From assembly GCA_951406725.2 (NCBI GenBank), contig OX597816.1:96844001-96908000 (forward strand): DNA of 64,000 nucleotides, given 5' to 3'. Under the pieces are notes generated by a model. The model was not told the origin of the DNA. It searched no databases and worked only from the letters and a program-made list of their open reading frames with translations. This DNA comes from Octopus vulgaris (lineage: Eukaryota). Positions 38,239 through 52,170 of this stretch are shown piece after piece. Both the position numbers and the translations under genes were made by a program. Numbering within the stretch: position 1 is the stretch's first letter; each line of letters begins with the position of its first letter.

Positions 38239-40899
38239 TATTATATACAGAGAGAGAGAGAGAGATGTATGTATATCTATATGTACGCACAGAGATGCAT
38301 ACGTGTGTGTGTGTATGTTCCTGCGTTGTAATAATGTCTACAGTTTTATTAATTAGAGAATGGTGCATCTGTTCAAAACGAATTCAAATCATTGTTAAAT
38401 TTCTTAGCCAGACTTCAAGTTTTGAGTGCAATAGAAAAGTATGCATGCCACTCACTAACAATGATAGGTTATAATGTCATATAAGCATATAGCCATTGGC
38501 ACCGTCAACGACGGTCCTACTAAATTCAGGGACGTATCAAGAGCATAATGAACTGGCTAAGTCACGCAGACTCGGGTGTAATGGGTTGGGGCTAAATTAC
38601 CTGATTTTCCTCTTTATTAAGAAAATTCCAATTTGATCAAATAATTCTCTTATGTGTATGATGATTATAGAAAGAAAAGATAGTATTGAAAATTGTCTAT
38701 TGTTTATCAAAAAAGAAAAAGGTGCGTTTTTCTGTCTCTTAATTAAGTCATTTGGTCTTTTCTTTTGGTAAACTATATCTGCCACCTCGACTTTTTAAAG
38801 TTCACTCTCTCTCATTTTATGTCTGTTCACCGCTCTGGAGACTTAAGAAATATCTTATCCTTTCATTTACTTTCATTTTACTTGTCCAACTGTCTGTCAC
38901 TCACTCTTTCTCCAGTTGTATTTCGATAACCTTCTACCTCCTTAGTACCTCGTTAGCGTGACAACAAAGAAAATCAAGACAAATTGCTAATTATTATATG
39001 TGAATACACACACACGTCTCCTCAGAGACATGAACGAAATAAATAAAAAGAAATATTGACCTGAAAGTTAAACGAAATCACTGAACATAATAATAGTGGC
39101 GTTATTCACCCTCCTTTATCATATCAATAGTCAAACCAATATTCTTTTATTTAATTAATATGGAAACGAATATCTTAATTTCCAATACATTTTCTCCACA
39201 TATGCTCCTAAATTTATTTATGAGAAATTAGCCATAAAACAGGACGATAGATTCCACCCATTTTAACATTTTTTACTTTTGTTTTTTACTATACTTGACT
39301 ACAATTGAGAATTGTGGTGGTGGCAGTTACCAGGTTTATAAAATTAAATTTATGAAGCAGTTTTGTGCGGTTTGATATGATTTTTCAATATCACGATAAT
39401 GGATGAATATATATTTTTAATTATTGAGAGTAACGAGGCTTCAGTTCTATTTGGAACCTCACTGATATGCTACTTTTTCTTGCAGGGTCAACAATTCCCA
39501 AAGCCCCTAAATAATCTATCCACTTTGCAAATAGCGATTCAGGTATCAGGTATCATTTTCACTACCTAATTGGCAATGAAATATGGTGGTTTCAGTTCTT
39601 TTTAATGGGACTTTCTTTCAATTACTACATTATGGTCAATGTCTAATTCATGATTGATCAATTTTTGGTCATCAACTTCCCATTCCCATAAATAAATTAA
39701 TAAATTAATTTCGCAAATAGGGAAACTGCCATTTCTTCAAAAAGTCCCATTCCGTGTTAAAACGGAAAGCATGTGTTGACACCTTCCATTAAGACTTTCT
39801 GTTGTTCCCCACTATCTTATTTTGTAGCGATGGCGGCGGTGGTAGTGATGGTTGGAGGGTCAATGCAAGAACAATGATTAACGACAACAAAATATTCTTC
39901 AGTATTATTAACTGTTCTTATAACACAGTAGCATAGTTATGATAATAGTAGCACTATGATAATAATAGTGTTTTGTAAAGTACAAAGAATAATCTTTACG
40001 AAAGCCGACGGCTTGGTTACGTTACGTGTTCATTCTAAAAACATAAAAGAATTAACAAGAAAGTGACATTATCAAATATTGTATTGCCACTAATCATAAT
40101 TATTAGATACTAATATTTACAATTAACTTTCGGGTGTAACTGTTTATAAACTCTAGTTCAGACTTGGTGAAACTGAATATATGATCGACGGCCGGCGTTT
40201 CAGATGTGATCATCTCATTTGCATATCCAGGAAATAGTGTCCAATGTACGAGTTGATTTGCTTTATTCAAAACTGCTGAGTTAGATTTTAATAAAATAAG
40301 TTGCTATTTCCAGGAGATCTGGCGTACTCCTTCACTGGTCCATCTTGAGATTGTTTGGGGATGGGATTAAATCGATTATAACCTTCTATATACGTTTCAG
40401 ATTTTATGAAAAACACTAGAGAATTCAAAGAGAAAAAGTATTGGTCTGTGAAAGCAATGAATCGATGTAGTAAAGTTTACAAAACAAAATAAACTGTGTA
40501 CTGTGAGACAGAATTCTCGGCACACAAACTTAATATATTTTATCAAAGCAACGAGGGACTTCTTTCGTTAAGCATGTTAGAAATAGATCTTGAACGTTCC
40601 TTAAAATCACACCAATTGTTTTCATTTTTAAATAAAAAAAAAAAATACACATTGGACAATGAATAATTCTTAAAAGTCGAAATGGAATGCTTTTGATCTT
40701 AGGTGTGCTGAATCGGGGCCACCCCGGTGCTAATTAACAACAGCAACGACTCTATTTTAACAGTTGCAAGTTAACTGTTAATGCCGTTGGCCAATAATTT
40801 CATTTCCCTGTATAGCGTTCTTGAATAGAAAGGTTCTTGTGTTTTGAAGTGACTTGTCATTAAACCTCAAGATAACATCCCTGTTAGTTAAATTTGCAT

Positions 40900-40972
40900 A
40901 CAGCAGTAGCAGTAGTAGTAGCAGTAGTAGTAGCAGTAGTAGTAGCAGCAGCAGCAGTAGTAGTAGTAGTAA
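40900..40972. repeat. (GTA/GCA)n microsatellite
   Basis: Directly visible. Confidence 0.9.
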
Positions 40973-41489
40973 CTTGTAGTAGTTGGTGGTTGTCAGCATC
41001 ACAAGAAAGAAACAACATCCATGTGTATGGCTTGATAACATTTAACACTCTTTCGCTAATTGTTTGCCGTGCCTATGTAGTCACGAGGAGACACAGACGC
41101 CACAGCACTCGTTTAGAATTAATTTCCAGCTTAATAGACTTGAGCAACGTGAAGTCAAGTGTTTGCTCAAGGAGACAATGCATCGTGCAGCACAGGAATT
41201 GAATCCACGACATTATAATCGTGAGCCTAACACTCTAATCTCTAGGCAACGTTCCTTCCTCTTCACTACATAAATATCACAAACAACAATACCGAGCACA
41301 AACACACAGAATTAGTTTGAAGCCCTTAAAATTCGGGACATCGCTACACTGTATAGAGTGCCAATGCGAAAGACTTTTGATAAACAATTCATAATCACTT
41401 CACATGCCCTGACATGAAATCTCTTTTATGTCAAGTTCTCATTTGGCCAGAAATCGAACTCCAGTTCAATACTTCGCAAATTATTATTA

Positions 41490-41960
41490 TTATTCTGTTT
41501 GATTTTTGCTTTATGTCTGTACAAGTTGGCTCCAAGTCTCACCCAGAGACATCAAGAGACAACAGGTTGGAAGTTCTGTGCCATATATTTGGTGGTGTTC
41601 TAGTGAATGTCTAATACATAAAAATAAAATTAAAAAAAAAATTTTTTTAAATAAATAAATAAATAAAAGTTTGTTTTAAACCTTGGGATTACATAGAGAG
41701 TATTTTGCATAGGATATGAGCAGTTCCCATGAGCACTATCTTTTGAATTTCTGCCATTTTGGGGTTTCCTGGTATCTGAGTTAGGTAGCAATCAGCCCCT
41801 TTCGCTATCATTCCCAGGGCACCTATGACAACAGGTATTGTTTTAGTCTTCAGCTTCCACATTTTGCTGATTTCTATTTCAAGATCTTTATATTTGCTCA
41901 GTTTTTGGTAGGTCTTGACAGATACGTTTATATCGATTGGGACAGTCATATCAATGAGGA
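41490..41960 (-). mobile_element. R4/Dong-type 3' end (RLE domain)
   Basis: ORF IDMTVPID..KLSKYKDLEIEISKMW..IPVVIGALGMI..GTAHIL, flanked by (ATT)n on both sides. Confidence 0.9.
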
Positions 41961-41964
41961 GGCA

Positions 41965-41974
41965 TTACTATTAC

Positions 41975-42032
<58 letters not shown>

Positions 42033-42062
42033 GTTGTTGTTGTTGTTGTTATTATTATTATT
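41965..42062. repeat. (ATT)n(GTT)n microsatellite between two Dong-type copies
   Basis: Directly visible. Confidence 0.95.
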
Positions 42063-43065
42063 TATGTGTTGGGCTTTTACTTTGTATTTGTACAAGTTGA
42101 TTCCAAGTCTCACCCAGAGATCTCAAGAGACAAGTTAGAATTATAAGTTGGTATAATGACTCGAGTGCCATATATTTGGTTTTGTACAGAGTACTGTTCT
42201 AGAGAACGTCTGTCAAAACATAAGTAAATTAGAAGTTTGTCTTAGCAGTAATTTTATTATGATATGATTGATGTTAAAATGACAATAAAAGATATTTGCT
42301 GTTATGTACATTTAAAAATATTTTGACTCTGTTTACGGATTAATATATTTTGGGGATTACATAGACAATATTTTACGTAGAATATGGGCAGTTCCCATGA
42401 GTACTATCTTTTGAATTTTTTCCATTTTTGGATTTCCTGGTATCCGAGCTATGTGGCAATCAGCCTCTTTTACTATCATTCCTACGGCACGTATTGTTTA
42501 AGTCTTGAGGTTCCACATTTTGCCAATTTCTATTTCAAGTTCCTTATATTTGCTCAGTTTTTGGTAGGTTTGACAAATACATTTATGTCGATTGGAACGG
42601 TTATATTGATGAGGAGGCATGATTTTTGTCTGAAATCCTTCAATATAATATCTGGCCTATTTGCATCTATCTTTCTTTCTGTCAGTTTGAATGGTGAAGT
42701 TCCAAAGGAGTGAGATACGGGCATTTTCAAGCACTGGCGGTGGTTTCTGCCCCCACCAGTTTTTATTATGTGGCAGGTCTGAGTCTTTGTAAATTACCCA
42801 GTGGATATACTGTGTTGCTCTATCATGCCTGTTGAGATACTCTGTAGATGCAAGAGGACTTCACATGGAGACAACATGATCGATGGTTCCACTTTGTTGT
42901 TTACATACACGATATGTTGGGCTACTGCTCTTCTTTAAGATGTTGACCTGGTATCTTCTTGTAGGTAGGCATTGATCTTGGGTTGCTATGATAAACCCTT
43001 CTGTCATGACTTAAGCCAGAAGACACTAACCATTGATGATTAAGGGCTTTGTCAACATCGGCATA
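42063..43065 (-). mobile_element. Second R4/Dong-type 3' fragment (CCHC and RLE)
   Basis: TEGFIIATQDQCLPT, RHDRATQYIHWVI and ANRPDII. Its 3' UTR shares ccaagtctcacccagaga with the 41490 copy. Confidence 0.88.
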
Positions 43066-43100
43066 CTATTATTATTATTATCAACATCATTATTATTATT

Positions 43101-43325
43101 AAGGCGGTGAGATGGCAGAATCATTAGCACGCCGGGCACAATGCTTTGCGGCATTTCGTCCGTCTTTACGTTCTGAGTTCAAATTCCACCGAGGTCAACT
43201 TTGCTTTCGTTTTTCAAGGTCATTAAATTAAGTACTAGTGAAATGCTGGAGTCGATGTAGTCGACTGGTCCCCGCCCCCAACATTTCGGGCCTTGTACCC
43301 ATGGTAGAAAGGATTATTATTATTA
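43101..43325 (+). mobile_element. SINE family A variant with (ATT)n tail
   Basis: aaggcggtgagatggcagaatcattagcacgccgggc head and core. Confidence 0.85.
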
Positions 43326-44822
43326 TTGTTATTATTTATTTGGCTTGTTAGTTATTTAGTAATTCATTTATTTATTTTACTTCATCATTCATCATTTTTC
43401 GTTATTTCCGTCTGCCTCCATAGTATTCGATCTTTGGCAAGAGCATTCATGGAAACCATATCAAGACTTGTCTGTGTTATGATGTTATCTTCCCTTCTCT
43501 TAAGTTGCCGACTTCTGTTTCACTTGCCATTAATCATGCGTTCCTCCTAGATCTTGCTGACGCTAAAACCATTCACGTAGAGCGGCCCAGCAGTTTGAGT
43601 ACTTTACTTTTGATGACAAAGGTGAGTGTGGTAATTTGACTTCTTTGTTAGATCTGTTTTGTTTAATTATTGGTGCGCGCGTGTGTGTGTGTGTGTGGGA
43701 GTTCTGTACTTGAAGTGTGAAATTTCAGGGGAAAAAATGCGATTTTATAAGTTTTCTGATAGATGTATGGTCAGCTATAAGTGAATTAATTTTGGGTTGT
43801 ATAGCTCTCAGTCTTCTAAAATCTAACAACAAATAATATTTTTCTTCAGAAATTCAAAGTGTCTATGAAATTTGGCATATTAGTGAAATGAAGGACTCCA
43901 GTAAGGAATTTTACGCTATCATGAGGAACTTAAATCTACATTTTGGCTCTTGTCTCATTAAGGAGATCTAAAACAAAATTGCATTTACAACTGAGGAGAA
44001 ATAAAGAAAATGTGCATTTTAAATACTTCCCATTAAACATAATAGAAATTAATAACACCCATTTAAGATGGAAGTTAGTGTGATGTTTTAAGCAGAAATG
44101 TTTCAGTAGCACCACCTCATAGAAATATTACGGCCATGCTGGGGCACTGCTATCAATGGTTTCTCATCGATCGTATTGACCCTAATACAGCACCGGATCA
44201 AATATCTGGCAAGCTTGGGGCCAGAAGTGGCCCGGATCCCTGGATTTTCCGGGTTTCTGGAGACATCCTAAATATACATTTAAGATAGAAACTAAATTAT
44301 GAAAAGAACTAAATTGTGTTTAATAGATTCAAATTAATCACTTCTAAAGCAAGGTCTGTTTGATACTTATTAATCCACTTAAAATTCTTAAAATATATCA
44401 TACTGTAACATATACACCATTATAATGTTTATATGATGAAAATTAAATGAAGTAAAGGACTTGATTTAATTTAACAGATACAGGTACAAATTAAAATAAT
44501 TCTAAAGCGGAGTATGATTAATATTTATCAATCCACATGGAAGTAAAGAACAAAACTATTTTAACCTACAGTATGCAATTTAATCCACAAAGAATTGAAA
44601 ATAGTGTCACATGTTGCAAAGCGAACATCTGTGACACAATCCCGCTTGCATATGCGCGTACGTGAGTGTGTATGTGCGTATATATTTGTGTGTGTGTGTT
44701 TGTGTTAGTGCGTGTGTTAGTGTGTGTGGTTTGGATGGATGTGTGTAAACCTGGGTAGTAGACATACAAATACGGCAAATTAACATTTTTTTCCTCGTAT
44801 ATTGATAAAAAATTATGAACAG

Positions 44823-44866
44823 TCTTGATCGATTTTCGACCCTTACTGGCGTCTCATCAGAGATGT
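44823..44866 (-). ncRNA. Candidate minimal hammerhead motif (probable Penelope pLTR remnant)
   Basis: tct CTGATGA gac(g)cc agtaa gggtc GAAA atcgATC aaga: good core and stem II, palindromic atcgat, weak stem I. Confidence 0.45.
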
Positions 44867-44959
44867 TTACATCACTTAATCAATCCTGTAGAAATAAACA
44901 GCCATTCTGTTTAAATACACAACAAATCAAGTAGCTTCAGAAAACCGGAGCCATAGGAA

Positions 44960-45046
44960 TGTATGTATGTATGTATGTATGTATGTATGTATGTATGTAT
45001 GTATGTATGTATGTATGTATGTATGTATGTATGTATGTATGTATGT
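44960..45046. repeat. (GTAT)n microsatellite at the 3' end of an RLE element
   Basis: Directly visible. Confidence 0.95.
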
Positions 45047-45049
45047 AGT

Positions 45050-46060
45050 TACGTATGTATATACCTCGTTTCTATTTCTTCTAATTATTATAAATCTTCC
45101 AGTGAGGAGGCAGCCGGTTTCCAACAAAGATACAAGGTTCCATCTTTGAGATGTACTTAACTCATCAGGAACTTGAGAAAAGTCTTGCATATTTTTACTG
45201 TTCCAGTCACAGATACGACTTGTAATGTACGAATCAGCCGAGCAATTTATCTTTCTGAAAACCCCAGTTTATCCAAATTCTTTTTTAAGGATTTGCTAAC
45301 AAAACCTAGTACTCCAATTATTATTGGTATGAATATGAATTCATAGTCTGAATATAGAAGCTGGAGGTTTCGAAGCAGTTGTCCATAGATATTCTCGTTT
45401 TCCTTGATTTTCAAAGAGCTATTTATATCTGCAGGGCAGCTAACTTCTATAATGGCACTTACCTTTGCCTCTCTGTCCCAAACAACAATATCCGCTGTGT
45501 TATGCTTACATTTGATAGACGTTTTGATGGAAATATTCCACCAGTATTCCTTGAGTTAGTGTTTATGAATGTATTCCATAACAGAGAAATTTTATAAGTT
45601 TATTTCACGACAATCTTTTTTTGCGGATTGCATTGTAAATTGCTTTAGAAAAAAAATCGTGCCGCATAGGATGGTAGTACCGTGACGACATTTTAGGACA
45701 GCTACTAATCACATGCGTAGTTTTCCACGGGGACATGACACAGCCTACACATGTAGTTGCCCCTTGGGATTACAAGGGCGTCACTGTCTCTCTTGTTCAC
45801 CAGGTACTTTGTGGCAATCTCCTGTTCCTGGATTGCAAACGCATAGCCTTCAAAGTGAGATGCAATATAGTGGTCTTGTGTCTAAGATAGGCTGCGCTTC
45901 GTGTCAATTCCACTGTCTTCAAGATGTATGATACCCCTGCAAACGTTTAAGTTCCTTGCAGTTAGGAACTTCCGATCTTTGAACAAACGGCCATTTTTTA
46001 AACTTCGACTTTTGAACAGAGATTTTCTGATTGAATAGCTACGAATAAAACATTTTTCTA
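45050..46060 (-). mobile_element. RLE-type (R4-like) non-LTR 3' fragment
   Basis: WNISIKTSIKCKHNTADIVVWD..IIEVSCPADIN..YGQLLRNLQLLY..FIPIIIGVLG. Related to 55375-56180. Confidence 0.8.
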
Positions 46061-46564
46061 ATTCAATAAACATTTTGCTATTTTATAGAATTTTCTTCTG
46101 ATTGAACGGACGTGCAGCAATCTTTACAAGTTCATTAACAATTTTTTAGACTGTCTAAACCGTTGATAACGATAACTACATTTTTTATTGTGTTTTTAAC
46201 TTATAGTAACACGAACTAAGTCAGTTTTTCAGTCAGCTATAAGCTTCAAGCTATCTATTTTCAAGTCTATAGTTCCAACTCAACTGTTTTCCTCAGTTTT
46301 AAACTATTTTCTAGCACACGATATCAATAAATAGCATATCAATGATAAAATTATTGAAAGCCGCTTGAGCATATTCACATTCTGCTAGGTGTGTAATCCC
46401 TCTTCTCGGATCAGTGGTGTTTAAAGAGAGAATTACGTGCATAAATATTTAAAGAGAGAATCTTCGAGTGTAAAATCCAAACCCAAATTTTAAAAGCTAT
46501 ATTTGAAAGTCTTGCGCAGTATATTTAGTTGCAGGCCTGCAGACATCTTACTGGCACTAATTTA

Positions 46565-46921
46565 AGCGGGAATAATCACTGGATGTACCATTTCAGTGAC
46601 TCTCTTTGTAATGGCAATGGGCATACTAGCTGAGACAGTAGAGTAAGAGTGCTGAAGTCTCTCCCGTAAGGAAGAAATTAAGCAACCATACATCAACGTT
46701 TTCATGAAAGATTTCACGGTGGCAACAACAGAGAAGAGAGCCAAGTGGTCTCTTCAGCATGAGCGCGAATGAGTTTCAAAAAACCAAGTCACGGTGTATG
46801 ATTTCGAAGAAAGGCAGTCACTAAAAGTCCCGTTTCAAAGTAGGAGACTAGATCCGGTTTGTCTGTCTGTCTGTCTCTCTATCTCTCCCTCTCTCTATCT
46901 CTCCCTCTCTCCATCTCCCTA

Positions 46922-46973
<52 letters not shown>

Positions 46974-47900
46974 ACACACACAAACGAAGCAAAACAAAAA
47001 ATAGTGAAGAGTCTTGTTTTTTTTTTTTTCCATCTACATTCGAAGGCGGTCAGAGCTCACTTAGTTGAGAAATGCAGATGAGTGTCAGCTACTAGGAAGA
47101 TTCAAGTCATGAATCTACTGGCCCGGGATCCTCTAAAGAATCCTCCAACCTTTGTTTATTTATGAACTCCCCCATGACAGCAGTGGAAAACTTTGAGTGT
47201 AATTTGAGCAGCCATCTTCGCAGATGACTGAGTTTTGTGCTGTACAGAAGTAGTAACATGGTTCGCAGGAAGGATAATCAGGACCTGTTGTAGGAGGGCA
47301 AAAATCAATGGAGGAAGAGTGGGCAAAATGAGCGGGGGAAATGCAAAAACGTCTGGATAAAATGGGAGCAGGTAGTGGAGCAGAATTTCATTAGGTAGAA
47401 AATCTGGAAGCGAAATCCACTGAGAATAAGGTACTTGATTCTGAAACGGTCTATAATGCCTTCGCCAGACAATTTAACCTATTACATGGAGCCTACTAAA
47501 AATACCAGCATGTCCATTTGTCTTAAGAGCGGGACCCTCAAACACATCTTAATTAGCTGCTCCAAGTTACTAGTTGAGAGAATTGGAGGTATGACCAATT
47601 TTTCAAGACTGTCTCTGATGCAGTCAACAAGGGATTAGTAAACACAGAAATGCCTACACTTCATCCAGAAATATATCTTTTGGTTAGCATCTCCATGCAT
47701 AAGAATTGCTCCGATGTTTTACTTTCCAAGGCACAATATTGGATGAGGGAAATTAATTTGTAGTAGAAGCAGTTAAAGTTTCCATCACACATTATCCAGA
47801 GCTTGTTGGCACTACATAACATATTTCTGCAACGAAGTAGCAAGGTAGCTAATGAAAATGGAGTTAACTTTGTCCTGGGATGACGCAAAAGAGAAGAAAG
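46565..47900 (+). mobile_element. Degenerate HERO-like (R2 superfamily) non-LTR element interrupted by (CT)n
   Basis: GIITGCTISVTLFVMAM, VFMKDFTV, ARMSFK and PSPDNL..CLKSGTLKHILISCSK motifs. Confidence 0.65.
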
Positions 47901-47982
47901 TATAGTGGTCACCAGTTTTCGTATAGCGGACACCAGTTTTATTATATAGCGAATGTTTTCTGGTTGGTTTATTTACTGTTAG

Positions 47983-48747
47983 TGTAACGCTACTTTATTA
48001 TGTTTCCTATTTGGAAATAGATAAATATATTTAGCTTTTGACGTAGGGATATATAATGATAAAACCGTAACTTATAACTTACTTCTAAGTGTTATACGTA
48101 AATCCCGACTCCAGCTACATAAACGCCATAGCGAGAAATATATTTTCTGAAACGCTAATGGACATTATGCGTGCATGTATGTTGAATATAAATAATTTCG
48201 TGTTCTTTTAACCGCTATAAAAAATACAGTTTCATAATTACAGAAATACATTTCATTGATAAGTTGAAGAACGTGAAAAAACAGAAAATAATTACTACAT
48301 TATTTTATTTATGTACATATAGCATTTTTAATATTTATAATACAATTTGAAGTAAAGTAATTTTGTCGTAGAGCATTACGACTTAAAATTTACGCTAATT
48401 AATTCTTCATACTAACTATTATAGATCTCAACAATTCAAACAAGTCTTGTTGAATTTTCATAGACATGGCACAAAAAAAATAACCAATGTCTCAAAGGAG
48501 TGAGTGACGTGGAGTTTAGTTACATCACACAAACACTAAAGTTTTTCCCAAAATCCAGGGTTTTTATAACTGCTCAACTAGACTTTAAAGAATTGAAATC
48601 ACGTAAAAATATTCTTTAACTAATTTTTAGAATTCCTATATGACCAATGGGAAAACAACAATCATATTTCTTCGGCAATACGACATTACGTCATATTGCC
48701 AGCTACCACAAATTGGCGCTGCTATTTGAAAATGGCTACACGCTACA
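47983..48747. mobile_element. Solo LTR-like element, inverted homolog of 3086-3955
   Basis: TGTAACG...CGCTACA termini. Shares blocks such as agacatggca..aataaccaat.tctcaaaggagtgagtg with the reverse complement of 3378-3420. No clean TSD. Confidence 0.65.
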
Positions 48748-49654
48748 AAAGCTAGCTACCTGGATTTGGTGGACTGTCATAGCAATGAAGAGAGGGCCAT
48801 ACAGTCGCCAGTGGAGGTGGGCAGTGAAGATTCGCCAGTTCTCTATATAAGGCCTATGGAGCCCTGGGCATCATCGCCATGGTTGCTTAGAAAGCATCTA
48901 GATGGCACTGGCGAAAAGGCAGTGATTGGTACGGACAATAGAATGCCACTTGGCCACAGGACTAGGCTTGATCAATCTAAATCAGGTCGACTGGGGGATG
49001 GACAGTATATGTTGTAACGCACAAGATATTTAGTGATTACAAGACATAACACTGACGATGTGTCCAGATATTGTATTTGTAGATATATGTAGAAGGGAAT
49101 AAGTGTTGAGCAACATGAATGTGAGCCCCATATTCATGTATTAAACAGTTTTTATCAGTACCTAGTTATGGAATGTATTTAAAATATGCCACAGATATTA
49201 TCTTGAATGCAAACAAGAAGAAAATATGTCTTCAAGATGCTGGCTGTCAGAGTCAGTATCTCCATCTTCTCGATTGCACACACATTGCAATTACTATCGC
49301 AGTCGTTGCATACTTGTTATGTTCTAATTGACTGTGTTGTTGTCTACTCTTCTGTTATTTAGATACTAAAAGTATTTTTTCATTGAAGTGAAGCTGCTTC
49401 CTTCTTATTTCTGAACACATGTATGAGTTGTATATATAATCTTCTGAATGAATTTAAGTAAATTCAATTTATGAATTACATATAAAATTTCCTGCTGAAT
49501 CATAATTCATGTGCAAGCTACACGTGTCGTGGGGGTCATACAGCTAGGCTATCATTTTCCCACGCCATATTGAATTCGAATATTGTTGTTTTGTTCTTAC
49601 CATTTGACCAGTGGAATATCTTGGAGTAGCAGGGTAAATGGGATCAGCCAAATT

Positions 49655-49659
<5 letters not shown>

Positions 49660-49711
<52 letters not shown>
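49660..49711. repeat. (AG)n microsatellite
   Basis: Directly visible. Confidence 0.95.
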
Positions 49712-49717
<6 letters not shown>

Positions 49718-51299
49718 CATGTCTGTATGTGTTGTTAACAGTGATTAGCAGCCTTGAGCTCCAAAGGCCTTCGGCTCCTTTTAGCAGCAAATACTCTTGC
49801 AATTTCGACGCTCGCTTGAGCTCCAGTATAAATGGAAAAACGCGACAGGATTATTAGAATAGGCAACTATAGGGGAGATTTGCGATGTAATTTGGCCGCC
49901 TCTAATTCCTAGCCTTTTTATTTTCTGAGTTAAATTCATGATACATTAGAAATTGGCAAAGTTAACTGCAATGTTCAACTCTTTCAACGTAAACCGATCG
50001 TTTTTCTAATGAATTCTAATAAAGTAATGGATACTTCCAGAACTTCAAGAACAACTAAAGCTTCATTTCCATCTTCTTTGCCAACATTATTGGCATTGCG
50101 TAGTCATTGTCTTCACCTGTTGCGTCAGTTTAGTGACGTCGGGTCTGAGAGCCATTATTCAGAATATATTGGTGAAGTACAACTTGAAGTATGTGTTGTA
50201 GTACAATGCTGGCTATAACACAGAGTAAGGTTTTGGTTTCCAAAGTTTTCAGAAAAAAGCTAATGTATCCTTTTTAATACACAACTTATAGTACTAGGAG
50301 GACCAATAACTTCGTAATTTATTGAGCTATTTCAGGCTATAAAGAGCTCAAAGTATGTGCGAAGAACGTATCTTCAATAGTAATATGCCAATTTACAAAA
50401 TAGCCTGCATCTACGTTAATTAGAAAGCAGGGTAATTAATATTGATTGTTACCTGAAATTTTCTGGTCGTCCCTTTAATTGATGTGTTAATGATATCTTC
50501 AACTGCAACCGATATATATGGATTGAATGCAAAGCAGAAACGCAGGGAGTAAATTTTCTTTCCCTAGGTAAAAGAGAATTTCACTACTTAAAGTAATATC
50601 AAGTTTCTTCACAAAGGCTTTAAATCAGAAAGGCGAATCACAGGATGATTGTTCAAATGTCAGCATTTACCAATTGTAGTTTACTACTTCCATGCATTAT
50701 AAAAGAAACTGAATTTATAATATTTAAACACTTCACAAGAAACAGTATCCATTCATGGTTACTGGATAGCAACTTTTAAATTCAGAATATTTACGACTAA
50801 CGGTTGAATCTGATATTACTCATGATGTGGTTTTCAGTAGACATTGTAAATACATTTCCTACAGAATATATGAATATTAAACAGCAAACTTCTCAAATAG
50901 AATGAAGGTTTTCTTCGCGAAGCCTTTAAATTAAGAATTCCAAAATAAAATTTTATTCTATTTAAATAAAACGAGTAAACATAACGGCACAAGAAATGTG
51001 TGCTGCCGCAGAAAAGAAACAATTGCAAACGTGTTTCAATCTGGAAAGTAAGTACATACGTGAAGAAATAAAACTGAAATTTGCTTATACATACTGGATA
51101 AGAAATTTCCGTTGTGATGTGCAAAGAAGGAGATGGTGTACATTATATACAAAATGTACTTGTAATAGTAAATATGATACAGAAAAGAAAATTCCAGAAT
51201 AAAATAATTCTATGTGACATTTAAGAATTGTAATATAGAGTACAGCACTTGACTAGGACATCAGTGAGTGTTAAGTAGGTTTCTGAAAATGTCTAAACT

Positions 51300-52170
51300 C
51301 GCTCGAGTAGTAGCGTGAAACTGGACCATAAAGATGAAGAAAGGTATATTAAATATCTTACAAGATATAGCTTGGTTTACTGAGACTATCTTTTCACTGA
51401 AAAGATAAACGAACAAGCGTCTAGCGGCAATTGCAACCAACTCTAAATAAAAAGAGGAGATATCTCAGGTTGTCATGAATTATCATTAAAGATAAGACAG
51501 TTTGCTCCGTTTTTACTGGAGACAAGAAAACAGCAGCGAAAACGTGCTTCTGCTTTGTCTAGTCGTCATCAACACTGCATTGTCCTCCCTTGACTCCAAA
51601 TAAATATATGACGTAGACGTACAAAAAAGGAGAAGAGAATATTCCAAGATACACAAAGATATCCACCAATTCAAGTATTTTTCCTCCCACAAAAATGTCT
51701 GACTCCACATACGCTTCCTCAACTGGTGGAGTGTACATGAACTTTGTCTTTTTTTCACTAAGTCATTTAGTCTAAAATACTGACCTTGTGCCAAAATTTG
51801 AGACCAATATTTAGTTCAAAAGTAGTGCATGCATCGGAGAAGCTGTACGTCCTTCGCTGAATACGCCACAAAATTCGTATTATCAGTGAAAGTGTCGCCT
51901 GTTTTGACTTGATGTTGAAACTTCTTATATTAAAGACTTTGTTAGAGGTTCTAAATGGCATATATTCACCAAATTCTAAGTCTAAGGCATACGTAAGTAG
52001 CCCAGCAAAGTATATGATAAACAGAGTGGTTGATGAAATGTCGTCTTCTTTGATACAATTTTACTTTGGAATTGGTTCTGAAAGTATTCCATTGAAGTTT
52101 ACTCTTTCTTTATGTTTGCCGAAGTTTATTTGAATATGCCAACAAATTTAGAGGGCATCTAAGATTCCCT
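51300..52170 (-). mobile_element. Very old LINE RT remnant
   Basis: YFAGLLTYALDL (YADD-like) near 52000 and LELVDIFVYLG near 51660, in the expected order. Confidence 0.4.

Noticed and set aside
43550-43626. Plus-strand strong donor aag|gtgagt
   Set aside because: No recognisable coding exon or partner exons; the surrounding DNA looks like repeat debris.
45135-45175. Minus-strand gttc CTGATGA...gaac hammerhead-like motif
   Set aside because: Lacks GAAA and stem III; it is part of the RLE element 3' UTR.
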